This document shows, piece after piece, positions 19,027 through 27,256 of a stretch of DNA of 64,000 nt (positions are counted from its first letter, which is position 1; every line of letters begins with the position of its first letter). Under the pieces are notes generated by a model that saw only the letters and a list, made by a program, of their open reading frames with translations, was not told where the DNA came from and did not search any database. The stretch is from Pseudomonadota bacterium (GTDB taxonomy: Bacteria; Pseudomonadota; Gammaproteobacteria; Burkholderiales; Thiobacillaceae): assembly GCA_021849595.1 (NCBI GenBank), contig JAJZSR010000001.1, positions 6,004 through 70,003 on the forward strand. Direction: 5' to 3'. Both the position numbers and the translations under genes were made by a program.

Positions 19027-20964
19027 CTAACCCGAAGTGGTCGACGAATTCGATGAGGTAGTGCTGAAGAAGGCGTTGAGGTAATTGCCCACGGATTGCA
19101 ACTGGGCGAGCTGCGCCTGCATGGCCTGGAACTGCTGTGTAAGCAGGGCCGTCTGCGCCTGCGCCGACTGCTGCAACTGGGTGATCTGGTTATTGATGCC
19201 GTTGATGGTCTGGTTCAGGCCGTCCGCCGCCGCGGCAATGAAGCCGGTCTGGCTGTTGAGGGCGGAAGACAGGATGCTGGTCATCTGCTGGTACAGTCCC
19301 TGGCTGACCGTCACCGTCCCCAGGTTTCCGGTGACCTGCCCGGTGATCGTCAACTGCAGGCCCAGGGCATTGCCCGGCCCTGTGACCGTCAACTGCTGGC
19401 CGGAGCCGCTGCCCGCCTGGCCGTTGACGGTGCCGACGACATCGGTGCCCGTGCCCGTCAGCGTGGTCGTGCCTATACCCGTGCTGCCGCTGCCGGCCGC
19501 CACGTTGGACACCACGCTGAAGCTCTGCGCACTGCCGTAGCCGCTGGTCTGCAATTCCAAGCTACCGTTGTTGTCGAGCGCCGAAATGCCGCTCAAACCC
19601 TGCTGCGCCAAAGCGCTGTTGATGGTTGAAACGATGGCGCTGATGGTGCTGCCGGAGGTCAGATTGACGGCCACGCTGGTGCTGCCAGAGGTGATGGTCA
19701 GCGTCTCGTTGCTGGTAATTCCGCCGCTGGCGACGGGATTGGAGGCCGTGACGCTGGCTTGGGTCGCGGCGCTGGTGACGCCGACGGCATAGGTGCCTGC
19801 CTGGGTGGCGCTTCCGGCCGCGACATACTGCACGTTGCTGTTGGTAGTCGTGCCCACCTGGCCGAACAGGCCGGCCACCGCGTTGTAATTGCTCGACAAG
19901 GCCTGGTTGAGCGTGCCGGTGTCGAGCACCAGCGTGCCATCCTGGTTGAGGTTGACCCCTACACCTCCCAGCGAGGCATAAGGACTGTTGGGCACCGTGC
20001 CTATTCCTTGGCCGCTGATCAAATTGAGCAACTGGGTGCGCAGCGACGTCAGCGCGGCATTGCCGATGAGCGGCCCGCTCTGCCCGGAGGGTCCGCCGTA
20101 GGCGGTCAGTTGGTTCATGGTGCCCATGGCACTGTTGAAGGCGCTCACGAAACTCTGCACAGCGCTCACGAAAGCGCTGCTGTCGGTGCCCACGGTCAGC
20201 GTCGTCGAACCGGAGGCGGCAAGCAAGTTCAGGCTCACCCCAGGGATCGCCCCGCTCACCGAATTAGTCGCGCTGCTGATATTGAGCCCGTTGACCGTAA
20301 AGGACGCGTTTTGCGCCGCCTGCGACAGCGTCATGCCACTGCTGGTGCCGCTACTGTAGCTCAGACTGGACAGCGAGCCGGTGGCGCCGCTGGTGCTGAC
20401 CGTGAAGGCGCTGCCCGAGCCGGTGTTGGCCCCCGTGAGCGTCAAACGATAGCCGGCGCCGTCATAGATGACCGCGGCATCGACGCCCGCGTTGGCGCTG
20501 TTGATCGCGGCGGCAATACCGTTCAGGGTATTGTTGCTGCTGTCTATGGTAACGTTGGCCACCGTCCCGCTGCCGACCTGAATCTGCAAGGTACCGGTGC
20601 CGACCGCCGTATTGCTGGCCGAGCTGAAATCCTGCGAATAAACGCTCTGCGCCTGTGCCAGCACGATGTTGCTCAGGCTGTAGCTGCCCAAGGGCGCATT
20701 GGCTTGTACGGTGGCGGACGCGGCGCTCGAGTTGCTGAGCGTGACGGAGCGGTTGTTCAGGCTGCCGACGTTCTGCAGCCCCGCGAGTGCCGACTGTAGG
20801 CTGGACAGGCTGCCCTGCATCTGGCCCCAGGCGCTCAGCGTGGTCTGGTAAGACTGCCCCTGGGACTGCAATAAAGTGATGGGCTGCTGATAGGCGGCGC
20901 TGATGGTCGAGATCAACTGATTGATGTTGACCCCGCTCACCAGCCCGGACAAGGATACCGACAT
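19027..20964 (-). CDS. fliD: Flagellar filament cap protein FliD
   Basis: 645 aa with conserved N-terminal (SGLVSGVNINQLISTI) and C-terminal coiled-coil regions and a Ser/Thr/Gly-rich centre. Confidence 0.93.
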   Translation of the reverse strand: MSVSLSGLVSGVNINQLISTISAAYQQPITLLQSQGQSYQTTLSAWGQMQGSLSSLQSALAGLQNVGSLNNRSVTLSNSSAASATVQANAPLGSYSLSNIVLAQAQSVYSQDFSSASNTAVGTGTLQIQVGSGTVANVTIDSSNNTLNGIAAAINSANAGVDAAVIYDGAGYRLTLTGANTGSGSAFTVSTSGATGSLSSLSYSSGTSSGMTLSQAAQNASFTVNGLNISSATNSVSGAIPGVSLNLLAASGSTTLTVGTDSSAFVSAVQSFVSAFNSAMGTMNQLTAYGGPSGQSGPLIGNAALTSLRTQLLNLISGQGIGTVPNSPYASLGGVGVNLNQDGTLVLDTGTLNQALSSNYNAVAGLFGQVGTTTNSNVQYVAAGSATQAGTYAVGVTSAATQASVTASNPVASGGITSNETLTITSGSTSVAVNLTSGSTISAIVSTINSALAQQGLSGISALDNNGSLELQTSGYGSAQSFSVVSNVAAGSGSTGIGTTTLTGTGTDVVGTVNGQAGSGSGQQLTVTGPGNALGLQLTITGQVTGNLGTVTVSQGLYQQMTSILSSALNSQTGFIAAAADGLNQTINGINNQITQLQQSAQAQTALLTQQFQAMQAQLAQLQSVGNYLNAFFSTTSSNSSTTSG

Positions 20965-20990
20965 CGCGCCCCCGTAATCCTATAAAAACA

Positions 20991-21368
20991 CTATGCCTTG
21001 CCGCTCAGCAGGCTGCCCGGCGCAAGCCGGTCGGCGTTCTTGGCCGCCTGCAATGCCTGATCGGCAGGAATGTAATATTGATAAAACACTTGCTGCGTGG
21101 CTTTGTCCATCAGTTCAACCAAGACTTGGCCAGGATGGTCGCCGTTGGGATTCAGCCCGGCGCGCAAAGTGATGGAAGACGAATTTTGCGCCACCCGCTC
21201 CTGCAAATGCTGAAGCGCCTGCGCCAGATCCTGCGACGGCACCGAGGACACTCCGCTCCCTTGGGATGAACCCGGCGTTGCTGCGGATACCTTCGCATTG
21301 GGCTGGGTAGGCGTCCCCGAGGGCACGGTCTGCTGGGCTGCCAAACTGGAACTGGGATTTATCTCCAT
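20991..21368 (-). CDS. flaG: FlaG-family flagellar protein
   Basis: 125 aa with the C-terminal motif VLVELMDKATQQVFYQYYIP, located between fliC and fliD. Confidence 0.85.
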   Translation of the reverse strand: MEINPSSSLAAQQTVPSGTPTQPNAKVSAATPGSSQGSGVSSVPSQDLAQALQHLQERVAQNSSSITLRAGLNPNGDHPGQVLVELMDKATQQVFYQYYIPADQALQAAKNADRLAPGSLLSGKA

Positions 21369-21388
21369 GACTTATATCCCCCCGCAGA

Positions 21389-21410
21389 CCCCCCGGATCG
21401 CTCCGGGGGG
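21389..21410 (-). terminator. Strong GC hairpin immediately after the fliC stop (terminator or attenuator)
   Basis: CCCCCCGGA-tcgc-TCCGGGGGG: 9-bp perfect stem with a 4-nt loop, 13 nt downstream of the fliC stop. The U-tract is weak. Confidence 0.6.
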
Positions 21411-21422
21411 TTGCCCTTTGGA

Positions 21423-22898
21423 TTACGGCAACAGCTTGAGGTAGCTCTGCTGCAGGGCGTTGGCTTGCGCCAGGGTGGAGATGCCGGCCTGCTGCAGGAT
21501 CTGGTACTTGGTCAGTTGCGAGGTCGCCTCGGCGATGTTCGCATCCTGCACCACGGAGCGCGCGGACTGCAGATTGGTCGCGGTGGTCTGCAAGTTCTGC
21601 ACCGATGCCTGTACCCGATTCTGGATCGCGCCGAGCGCGCCGCCTTGCTGGTTCAAGGCATTGATGGCGTTGTCGATGATCGAGATGGCCTGGTTGGCGC
21701 CCTGCACCGTGGACACGCTGACCGTTGACGCGGCATTGAGCGAGCTGATGTTGGACAGCCCGATGTTGGTGCCATTGCTCAGCGAGTAGCCTTGCGTCGA
21801 TTGCAATTGGACGTAGCCCTGGACCAGCGCCGTGCCCGCCGCGCTCGTAATTGCGGAAGCACTGCCTGCCTGCAACGTTCCGCTGCCGCCGAAGCCGGAA
21901 ATCAGGACGTTGTGGCCCTGATTCTGCGTCAGCACCAGTTGGTTGCTGGAGTTGACGCTGGCCGCCACGCCGGTCTGCGCCGTGCTGTTGTTGATCGCCG
22001 CGACCAGGCCGCTCAAGCCGGTGGGATCGACGCTAGTGACGTTGGCCGAGATGTTGACCGTGTTGGTCGGGCTGCCCGAGGTTCCGTTGGAGATGGAGAA
22101 GGAAAACGAGCCGCTCGTCACGGAAAACGCCACGCTGGTGTTGGCCGTTGCGCTTACCCCGGTCTGCTGCGTAATGGCGTTGAACGACGCCGCAATGTTG
22201 GCCGCCGATTCGCTCGCAGTCACCGCTACACCGCTGGCGCCGGCGGAGCCGGATACGTTTACCGTGCCGGCCGTGAAATTGCCCGCGCCGGTGCTGATGG
22301 TATAGGCGGAACCGTAGCCGTTGGAGGTGACTGAACCGCTGCCGGCAGCGTAGACACTGCCGCTGGTGGCGACGGTATTCACGCCGATGGCATTGGCCTG
22401 CGCATTGGAGATGGAGACGTTGATAACCTGGTTGGCGTTCGCGCCCACCTGGAACTGCTGGCCGGAAAAGCTGCCGTCCAGGATGTTCTGGCCGTTGAAC
22501 TGGGTCTGGGTGGCAACGGTTTGCACCTGGGCCAGCAGTTGTGACACGACTCCCTGCAGGGAAGCCCGGTCGGCCGAGGTGTTGGAGCCGTTGGCTGCCT
22601 GCACGGCGATGGTGCGGATCTGCTGCAGCAGATTGGTTTCGTTCTGCAGCGCGCCCGTGGCCGTCTGCACCAAGGACACCGCCTGGTTGCCGTTGGACAC
22701 CGCCTGGTTCAAGCCATTGATCTGCGTGGTGAAGCGCTGGGCGATGGCGTAACCGGCAGGGTTGTCCGCCGGGCTGTTGATCGCCTTGCCCGTGGAAAGC
22801 TGCTGGATATAGGTAGAAAGATTGCTGGAAGTATCGTTGAGCGCGTTGAGCGTGCTCAGGGAATTGATGTTGGTGTTGATGATCCCTGTAATTGCCAT
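21423..22898 (-). CDS. fliC: Flagellin
   Basis: 491 aa with conserved D0/D1 N-terminus (INTNINSLSTLNALN...LSTGKAINSPADNPAGYAIAQRF) and C-terminus (QILQQAGISTLAQANALQQSYLKLLP). The Ser/Thr-rich central domain carries two flagellin-IN-like motifs. Confidence 0.97.
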   Translation of the reverse strand: MAITGIINTNINSLSTLNALNDTSSNLSTYIQQLSTGKAINSPADNPAGYAIAQRFTTQINGLNQAVSNGNQAVSLVQTATGALQNETNLLQQIRTIAVQAANGSNTSADRASLQGVVSQLLAQVQTVATQTQFNGQNILDGSFSGQQFQVGANANQVINVSISNAQANAIGVNTVATSGSVYAAGSGSVTSNGYGSAYTISTGAGNFTAGTVNVSGSAGASGVAVTASESAANIAASFNAITQQTGVSATANTSVAFSVTSGSFSFSISNGTSGSPTNTVNISANVTSVDPTGLSGLVAAINNSTAQTGVAASVNSSNQLVLTQNQGHNVLISGFGGSGTLQAGSASAITSAAGTALVQGYVQLQSTQGYSLSNGTNIGLSNISSLNAASTVSVSTVQGANQAISIIDNAINALNQQGGALGAIQNRVQASVQNLQTTATNLQSARSVVQDANIAEATSQLTKYQILQQAGISTLAQANALQQSYLKLLP

Positions 22899-22904
22899 GT
22901 TGAA

Positions 22905-22939
22905 GCTCCTTTCATAAGCCTAGTTCGGCATCCTTGCCG
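22905..22939 (-). promoter_or_regulatory. fliC 5' leader with two GGA motifs: one in a hairpin loop and one in the Shine-Dalgarno sequence (putative CsrA sites)
   Basis: The minus strand reads CGGCA-AGGA-TGCCG (22939..22926), a 5-bp stem presenting AGGA in the loop, and AAAGGAGC (SD, about 22912..22905) 7 nt before the ATG. Confidence 0.55.
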
Positions 22940-22951
22940 TCTTGCGGGCTT

Positions 22952-24457
22952 TCAGCCTGCAACAGGCTTATCGTCACGTCCCCTGAAAACTTTAGCGTGC
23001 ATATTCTGTGGCGACGCTGGGTGTTGATGCGGCTCTTCGCGCAAAGCCTGCAGGCGCCGATGCAACTCCCCGATTTTGGCAACGAGTTCATCGACACGCG
23101 GGGCAGCACCTGCGGGCGCCGGGGCATTTGCCGCGCCCGGGGCGCATAACCGGCCGCAGAACGCCGCAATGGTCTGAGCGGCCTGCGCTTGGCGCGCCAG
23201 CCCCTCGCGCAAGCTGGCCAGGGCTGGCCGCACATCGGCCCGTAGTGCCTCTACCGGCTCCGCGTCGGCCGCAGCCTCCCCAGCCTGCAGCGCTAGGCCG
23301 GCTTGCGCGATGTCGCGCGCCAAATCCATGCCTTCGGCGCACAGGGGGTCGAGCTGTTCGCCCAAAGCGGCGAGCTGGGCGGGTTCGGCTTGGCCCTGCA
23401 GTAGGGCCAGACGCAGATTCAGGCATAGCAGTAGCAGCTGCTCGACTTTTTCCCCCGCTGCTTGCAGAGCCGGGGCCAGGCCATCGGGCTGCGCGTGGCC
23501 GCGCCTGCGCTCGGGCAGCTCCCGCGCCAACGCGTCCTGGATTTCCTGCGCCCGCTCGCTGCCCGAGCGCAAGCCGGCGGCGAGCCCCTGCAGGCCGCGC
23601 AGCAATTTATCGAAATGCTCGGCCCCCGCAAGCTGTGGACCGGTCTGGACCGCGGCGCAGACCTTGGCCAGTTGACCGGCCAGTGTCTCCAACTCTGCCG
23701 CCGCTTGTTCCGCCTGCGCCAGCTTGCCCACGGCGGCTTCCCGCATGTTGGCGCTGCGGCCCTCCAGTTCCTCCAGGTCTGCCGCCAGCGCGCGCAAGCC
23801 GCGCCCGACGGGCAAGGCTGCCACCGACAAACCGGCCGCCATGGCCCGTAACCGATCGCGCAGGGCAGCGTGCTGGCGGCGCCAGCCCCAGGCCAGATAG
23901 GCGGCCGCCAGCCCCAGCAGCGTGACGCTGCCCAGGGCGAACAGCGCCAGGTTGTGCTCCACCATGACGCGCAGTCGGGCGCTGCGCGCGGCCTGCGCCA
24001 GTCCCTGGCGCCCCAGGCGGGCAGCATATCGGCCCAGCGCCTGCTGCAGCCGCGCCAGTTGCGCCGTCGAAGCGGCGGTAAGCACCGCACCGCTGGCGAG
24101 CGGGTGGCTCAACTCCACCAGTGCGGCCAACGCTTGCCGGTCGGCCCCGTCGAAGGGCAGCGCAGCCGCCTGGCCGTAGAGACCCTGCAAGACCCCATCG
24201 GCAAACTGCATGCGGTTGCCGGCGACCGCCGCCGCGCCGTTGGTCCCCGATGCGGCCTGGTTCGCCAGTTGGCGCGCCGCCGCCACCTCGTTCTGCACCA
24301 CTTGCAGTTGCATGGTCATCCGGCCCAGCCGCGCCCGCGCTTCCATGCCCTGCTCGACGCCCCGCAACTGCCAATAGGCCCAGGCCGCCCCGCCAGCCAG
24401 CAAAGCGGCGGCGACCAGGGCCAGAAAGAGTAACGCGTAGCCGGGGGTAAGCTTCAC
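22952..24457 (-). CDS. MCP-like membrane protein: TM1, periplasmic region, TM2 and a long Ala/Leu-rich coiled coil, without a canonical MCP signalling tip
   Basis: 501 aa with TM segments at the N-terminus and around residues 170-195, followed by about 300 aa of heptad-like Ala/Leu/Gln sequence. There is only a weak tip-like stretch (EQLLLLCLNLRLALLQG). Its start overlaps the upstream cheW-like stop. Confidence 0.6.
   Translation of the reverse strand: MKLTPGYALLFLALVAAALLAGGAAWAYWQLRGVEQGMEARARLGRMTMQLQVVQNEVAAARQLANQAASGTNGAAAVAGNRMQFADGVLQGLYGQAAALPFDGADRQALAALVELSHPLASGAVLTAASTAQLARLQQALGRYAARLGRQGLAQAARSARLRVMVEHNLALFALGSVTLLGLAAAYLAWGWRRQHAALRDRLRAMAAGLSVAALPVGRGLRALAADLEELEGRSANMREAAVGKLAQAEQAAAELETLAGQLAKVCAAVQTGPQLAGAEHFDKLLRGLQGLAAGLRSGSERAQEIQDALARELPERRRGHAQPDGLAPALQAAGEKVEQLLLLCLNLRLALLQGQAEPAQLAALGEQLDPLCAEGMDLARDIAQAGLALQAGEAAADAEPVEALRADVRPALASLREGLARQAQAAQTIAAFCGRLCAPGAANAPAPAGAAPRVDELVAKIGELHRRLQALREEPHQHPASPQNMHAKVFRGRDDKPVAG
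22968..22994 (-). promoter_or_regulatory. Sigma28 (FliA) promoter of fliC
   Basis: The minus strand reads TAAAGTTT-N11-GACGATAA against the consensus TAAAGTTT-N11-GCCGATAA (one mismatch), about 70 nt upstream of the fliC ATG. Confidence 0.85.
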
Positions 24458-24897
24458 GGCGCCGCCCCGCCCCCCGCAGCCAACAGCACGGCGGGTTCCA
24501 GGATGGGATCGATGTCATCGCCTTGGCGCACCAGCCCGGCGATGGCATTCCACGGCGGCGGCAGCACAGCCTGCAATGGCAGCACGGCAGAAGGCGGCAA
24601 GCGCCGCAGACCCAGCACGGCGTCCACCCGCAAACCCAGCGCCTGGCCATCCCGTGCCCAGATCACCAAGCGCTCCTGCTGAGCCTCCCGTACCGTCCCC
24701 TGCGCCAGCCAAAGGGCGGCATCCAGCACCGTGACCGGACGCCCCTGCCAGGCGATGACGCCCAGGCAGGACGGGCAGGCGCCGGGCACGCAGGCCAAGG
24801 GCGGCATGCGCATCACCTGGCGCACGCCGCCGGCCGCCAAAGCCCAGCGCTGCTCTCCAAGACGGAATACCAGCCAGTCTGTCGCGGTGCCGTTCAC
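24454..24897 (-). CDS. CheW-like coupling protein
   Basis: 147 aa with the typical CheW pattern (WLVFRLGEQRWALAAGGVRQVMRMPPLACVPGACPSCLGVIAWQGRPVTVLDAALWL...LGLRVDAVLGL). Confidence 0.8.
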   Translation of the reverse strand: MNGTATDWLVFRLGEQRWALAAGGVRQVMRMPPLACVPGACPSCLGVIAWQGRPVTVLDAALWLAQGTVREAQQERLVIWARDGQALGLRVDAVLGLRRLPPSAVLPLQAVLPPPWNAIAGLVRQGDDIDPILEPAVLLAAGGGAAP

Positions 24898-26093
24898 GCT
24901 GCATTCTCCGGCGTGACAATGACTTCCGGCCGCAACAACAGCACCACCTCGCCTTGCGCGCTCACTGCCGCACCGCCTAACTCAGCGGGATATAGGGCGG
25001 CTGGAAGCAACGGCTGGATGCGCAGGCTTTCCGTGCCGTGCACCCGATCGGCCCAGAGCCCGATGCGATGCCGTCCGCTCTCGACCAGGACGATGCGGGC
25101 ATCCACCGGGCGCTCTCCGAGCTTCCAACGCCCGCGCACATCCAGCACCGGCACTGCCGCGCCGTTGACGGCCGCCAGGGCTTTCTCGCCGGACAGGGCC
25201 CTGACGTCGCGTGTGGGTTCCACAAAACCGAGAACATTGGCCGCCGGCAGCCCGAACAGGGCGGGCCCTATGGCCAGCTTAAGCACGGCCATCGTTTCCG
25301 CCTCGGGAAATTCGGCAGGAAGTGGCGGCCGAAGCCGCGGTGGCGTGGCAGCAGTGTGCCCGCCGGCATCGAGCGCCGCCGGCTCCGGTAGGCTTTCCGT
25401 CTGTAATGGGGCCGCATATTGCACCGCCGCCTCCATTTGCAGGTCGGGCGGATTGACGGGCAACTCGGGGACCACCCCCAGATAAAGGCGTTCGATCTGT
25501 TCCCGGAAAGCACGCCATTCGAGCATCCACTCCTGGAACATTTCGGCCACCGGCGCCCCTGTAACGCCAGGCGGTTCCGGGGGTGTGGGACTAGGCATGG
25601 GCTGATCCGGCGGCAGGGCATCTTGGCTCCGCGGCGGTTCCGGCGCGGCCTTGGCCACATCATCCCCTGTATCGACAGGCAAGCCCCCATCGCAAATTTC
25701 TGCGCGGACATCAGCTTGCGCCGCCGCAGTAGCCGCAACGCCCAGCACCGCCAGATGCCGGCCGATCTCCCGGCCGGCTCCCAGCAGGTTTTCTCTCGTT
25801 TCATCGGACGGCGCGCCGGCAGTCTTCGCCAGGCGAATCTCCTGTTGCCGGCAAAGCTCGGCCAGCGGTGCGATTTCCAGAAACTCGGCGCCTATCCTGA
25901 TGCCCCGCAGGGCTTCCAACGCGGCATCCACCGGCGCTTGCGCGGACGGTGCGAGCGCCTCCAGGAATTCCTCCAGATAGCGCTGCGCATCGGCCAAAAA
26001 AGCCTGCAACAAGGCGCGATTGCCGGCGAGCTGCGTCATGCCGAGCGGCTGCGGGACGGCAACGCCCCGCGGGGGGCGACGGAATTGCGCCAA
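24894..26093 (-). CDS. Pseudo-HPt / CheW-domain hybrid (CheA-like scaffold with no dimerisation or kinase domains)
   Basis: The N-terminal four-helix HPt-like segment aligns to the CheA P1 domain in this window, with Arg in place of the phospho-His (ALEALRGIRIGAEFL versus IFRAFHTLKGGAGFL). A Pro-rich linker follows, then a C-terminal CheW-like domain (AVLKLAIGPALFGLPAANVLGFVEP...IGLWADRVHG). An alternative start lies at 26039. Confidence 0.7.
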   Translation of the reverse strand: MAQFRRPPRGVAVPQPLGMTQLAGNRALLQAFLADAQRYLEEFLEALAPSAQAPVDAALEALRGIRIGAEFLEIAPLAELCRQQEIRLAKTAGAPSDETRENLLGAGREIGRHLAVLGVAATAAAQADVRAEICDGGLPVDTGDDVAKAAPEPPRSQDALPPDQPMPSPTPPEPPGVTGAPVAEMFQEWMLEWRAFREQIERLYLGVVPELPVNPPDLQMEAAVQYAAPLQTESLPEPAALDAGGHTAATPPRLRPPLPAEFPEAETMAVLKLAIGPALFGLPAANVLGFVEPTRDVRALSGEKALAAVNGAAVPVLDVRGRWKLGERPVDARIVLVESGRHRIGLWADRVHGTESLRIQPLLPAALYPAELGGAAVSAQGEVVLLLRPEVIVTPENAA

Positions 26094-26111
26094 CGGCGGC
26101 CCGACATGGTT

Positions 26112-27080
26112 TTATCCCGCCGGCTGCTCGGATTGCGCCGCGGCAGCCGCAAGATAGACCCGGTTGCGCCCCTCCGCCTTGGCCCGATAAAGCGCGCCGT
26201 CGGCGAACTCCAGGGTCTGCGTGGGCGAGGCAGCGGCCGCCAGTTCGGCCACTCCGGCAGAGAAGCTTATGCGCAGCGGTTTGCCTGTAGCCGTAGCGAA
26301 GGCGGCGCGGCCCGCCGCCTCCCGTATGCGGTCGACCAGGCGCTTGGCCACGGGTGCATGGACGCCCGGCAGGCACAACACGAACTCCTCGCCGCCGTAG
26401 CGGAAAACGCCGTCATAAGAGCGCAGATTCGCCCGCAACAGGGCGGCGAAACGTGTCAGCACCTGGTCGCCGCTCAAATGGCCGTGCCGGTCGTTGATTT
26501 CCTTGAAGCGGTCGATGTCCAGCAGTGCCACGGCGCAGGGTCGGCCTTCCCGCTGCATGCGCGACCACTCTTGCTGCAGGCAATCCTCCAGGGCACGCCG
26601 CCCCCCCAGGCCGGTGAGTGGGTCGAGCGCGGCCATGAGCGCTGCGCGCTCCGCCTCCAGGGCGCTGAAAAGCGACAGGATTTCGAGCGCCGCGTCCACC
26701 ACGCGGTTGCGCAAGTCGCCAAACGCCGCGCTTGGCCGGCGCCTTGTGCCCGCGAGGGCGTCCAGCCGCGCCAAATGATAGGCAAGTTCGCCATACAGCG
26801 GACGCGCCTCGATGCCGGCGGCGCCAAACTGGCTGCCAGCCAACTCGGCCTCGATGGCCGCACGCGGAAAATCCAGGCCGCCGGCACCCCACGCCCCGTC
26901 GCCCGCCAGCCGCAGGGTGTTGCGCAGCCAGGATTCGAATGCACTGCGCGCCCGGCGCAAGGCATCCCCGGCCGTGGGCCGCGATGATTCCGCGCGGCGG
27001 GCGCCCAGCCCTTTTTCGGCTTGGGCAAGTCTGGAGTTTTTCGGCCGTTCGGCCAGCGGCAGCGCTATCACCAGGGACAT
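26112..27080 (-). CDS. GGDEF diguanylate cyclase with an uncharacterised N-terminal domain of about 150 aa
   Basis: Intact active site RYGGEEF with an upstream I-site (RSYD), DPLTGLGGRRAL and LLDIDRFKEINDRHGH motifs. The N-terminus contains neither a REC nor a PAS signature. Confidence 0.85.
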   Translation of the reverse strand: MSLVIALPLAERPKNSRLAQAEKGLGARRAESSRPTAGDALRRARSAFESWLRNTLRLAGDGAWGAGGLDFPRAAIEAELAGSQFGAAGIEARPLYGELAYHLARLDALAGTRRRPSAAFGDLRNRVVDAALEILSLFSALEAERAALMAALDPLTGLGGRRALEDCLQQEWSRMQREGRPCAVALLDIDRFKEINDRHGHLSGDQVLTRFAALLRANLRSYDGVFRYGGEEFVLCLPGVHAPVAKRLVDRIREAAGRAAFATATGKPLRISFSAGVAELAAAASPTQTLEFADGALYRAKAEGRNRVYLAAAAAQSEQPAG

Positions 27081-27117
27081 GCCAGTTTCCTCGACAAAAA
27101 GTCACTGGCAAGCCTCT

Positions 27118-27133
27118 AGCAAACCTGATGCCA
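27118..27133 (-). promoter_or_regulatory. Sigma54 (-24/-12) promoter of the GGDEF/CheW-like operon
   Basis: The minus strand reads TGGCATCAGGTTTGCT against TGGCAC-N5-TTGCW, with exact GG-N10-GC spacing, about 40 nt upstream of the ATG at 27080. Confidence 0.7.
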
Positions 27134-27161
27134 ACCAAAAACGCCAATAATGTATTTTATT

Positions 27162-27174
27162 TATCAATAGGTTG
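27162..27174 (+). promoter_or_regulatory. IHF-like site upstream of the sigma54 promoter
   Basis: TATCAATAGGTTG matches WATCAANNNNTTR. It sits in an AT-rich tract about 30 to 55 nt upstream of the -24 element. Confidence 0.45.
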
Positions 27175-27256
27175 TCTGATTTCCTGGCGGCAACCGCGAG
27201 GGGCGGCTTGCCGCCGGCCCGGACGCGTCAATATTTTGGCTGGCGCTAAGGCCTTA

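Noticed and set aside
25419-26987. 522-aa plus-strand ORF
   Set aside because: It is antisense to the GGDEF and HPt-like/CheW genes, which carry recognisable motifs. No motifs appear in this frame.
27186-27215. GGCGGCAA...TTGCCGCC hairpin downstream of flgA as a terminator
   Set aside because: The stem is 8 bp with a 14-nt loop and no U-tract on the relevant strand, so it is too weak to call.
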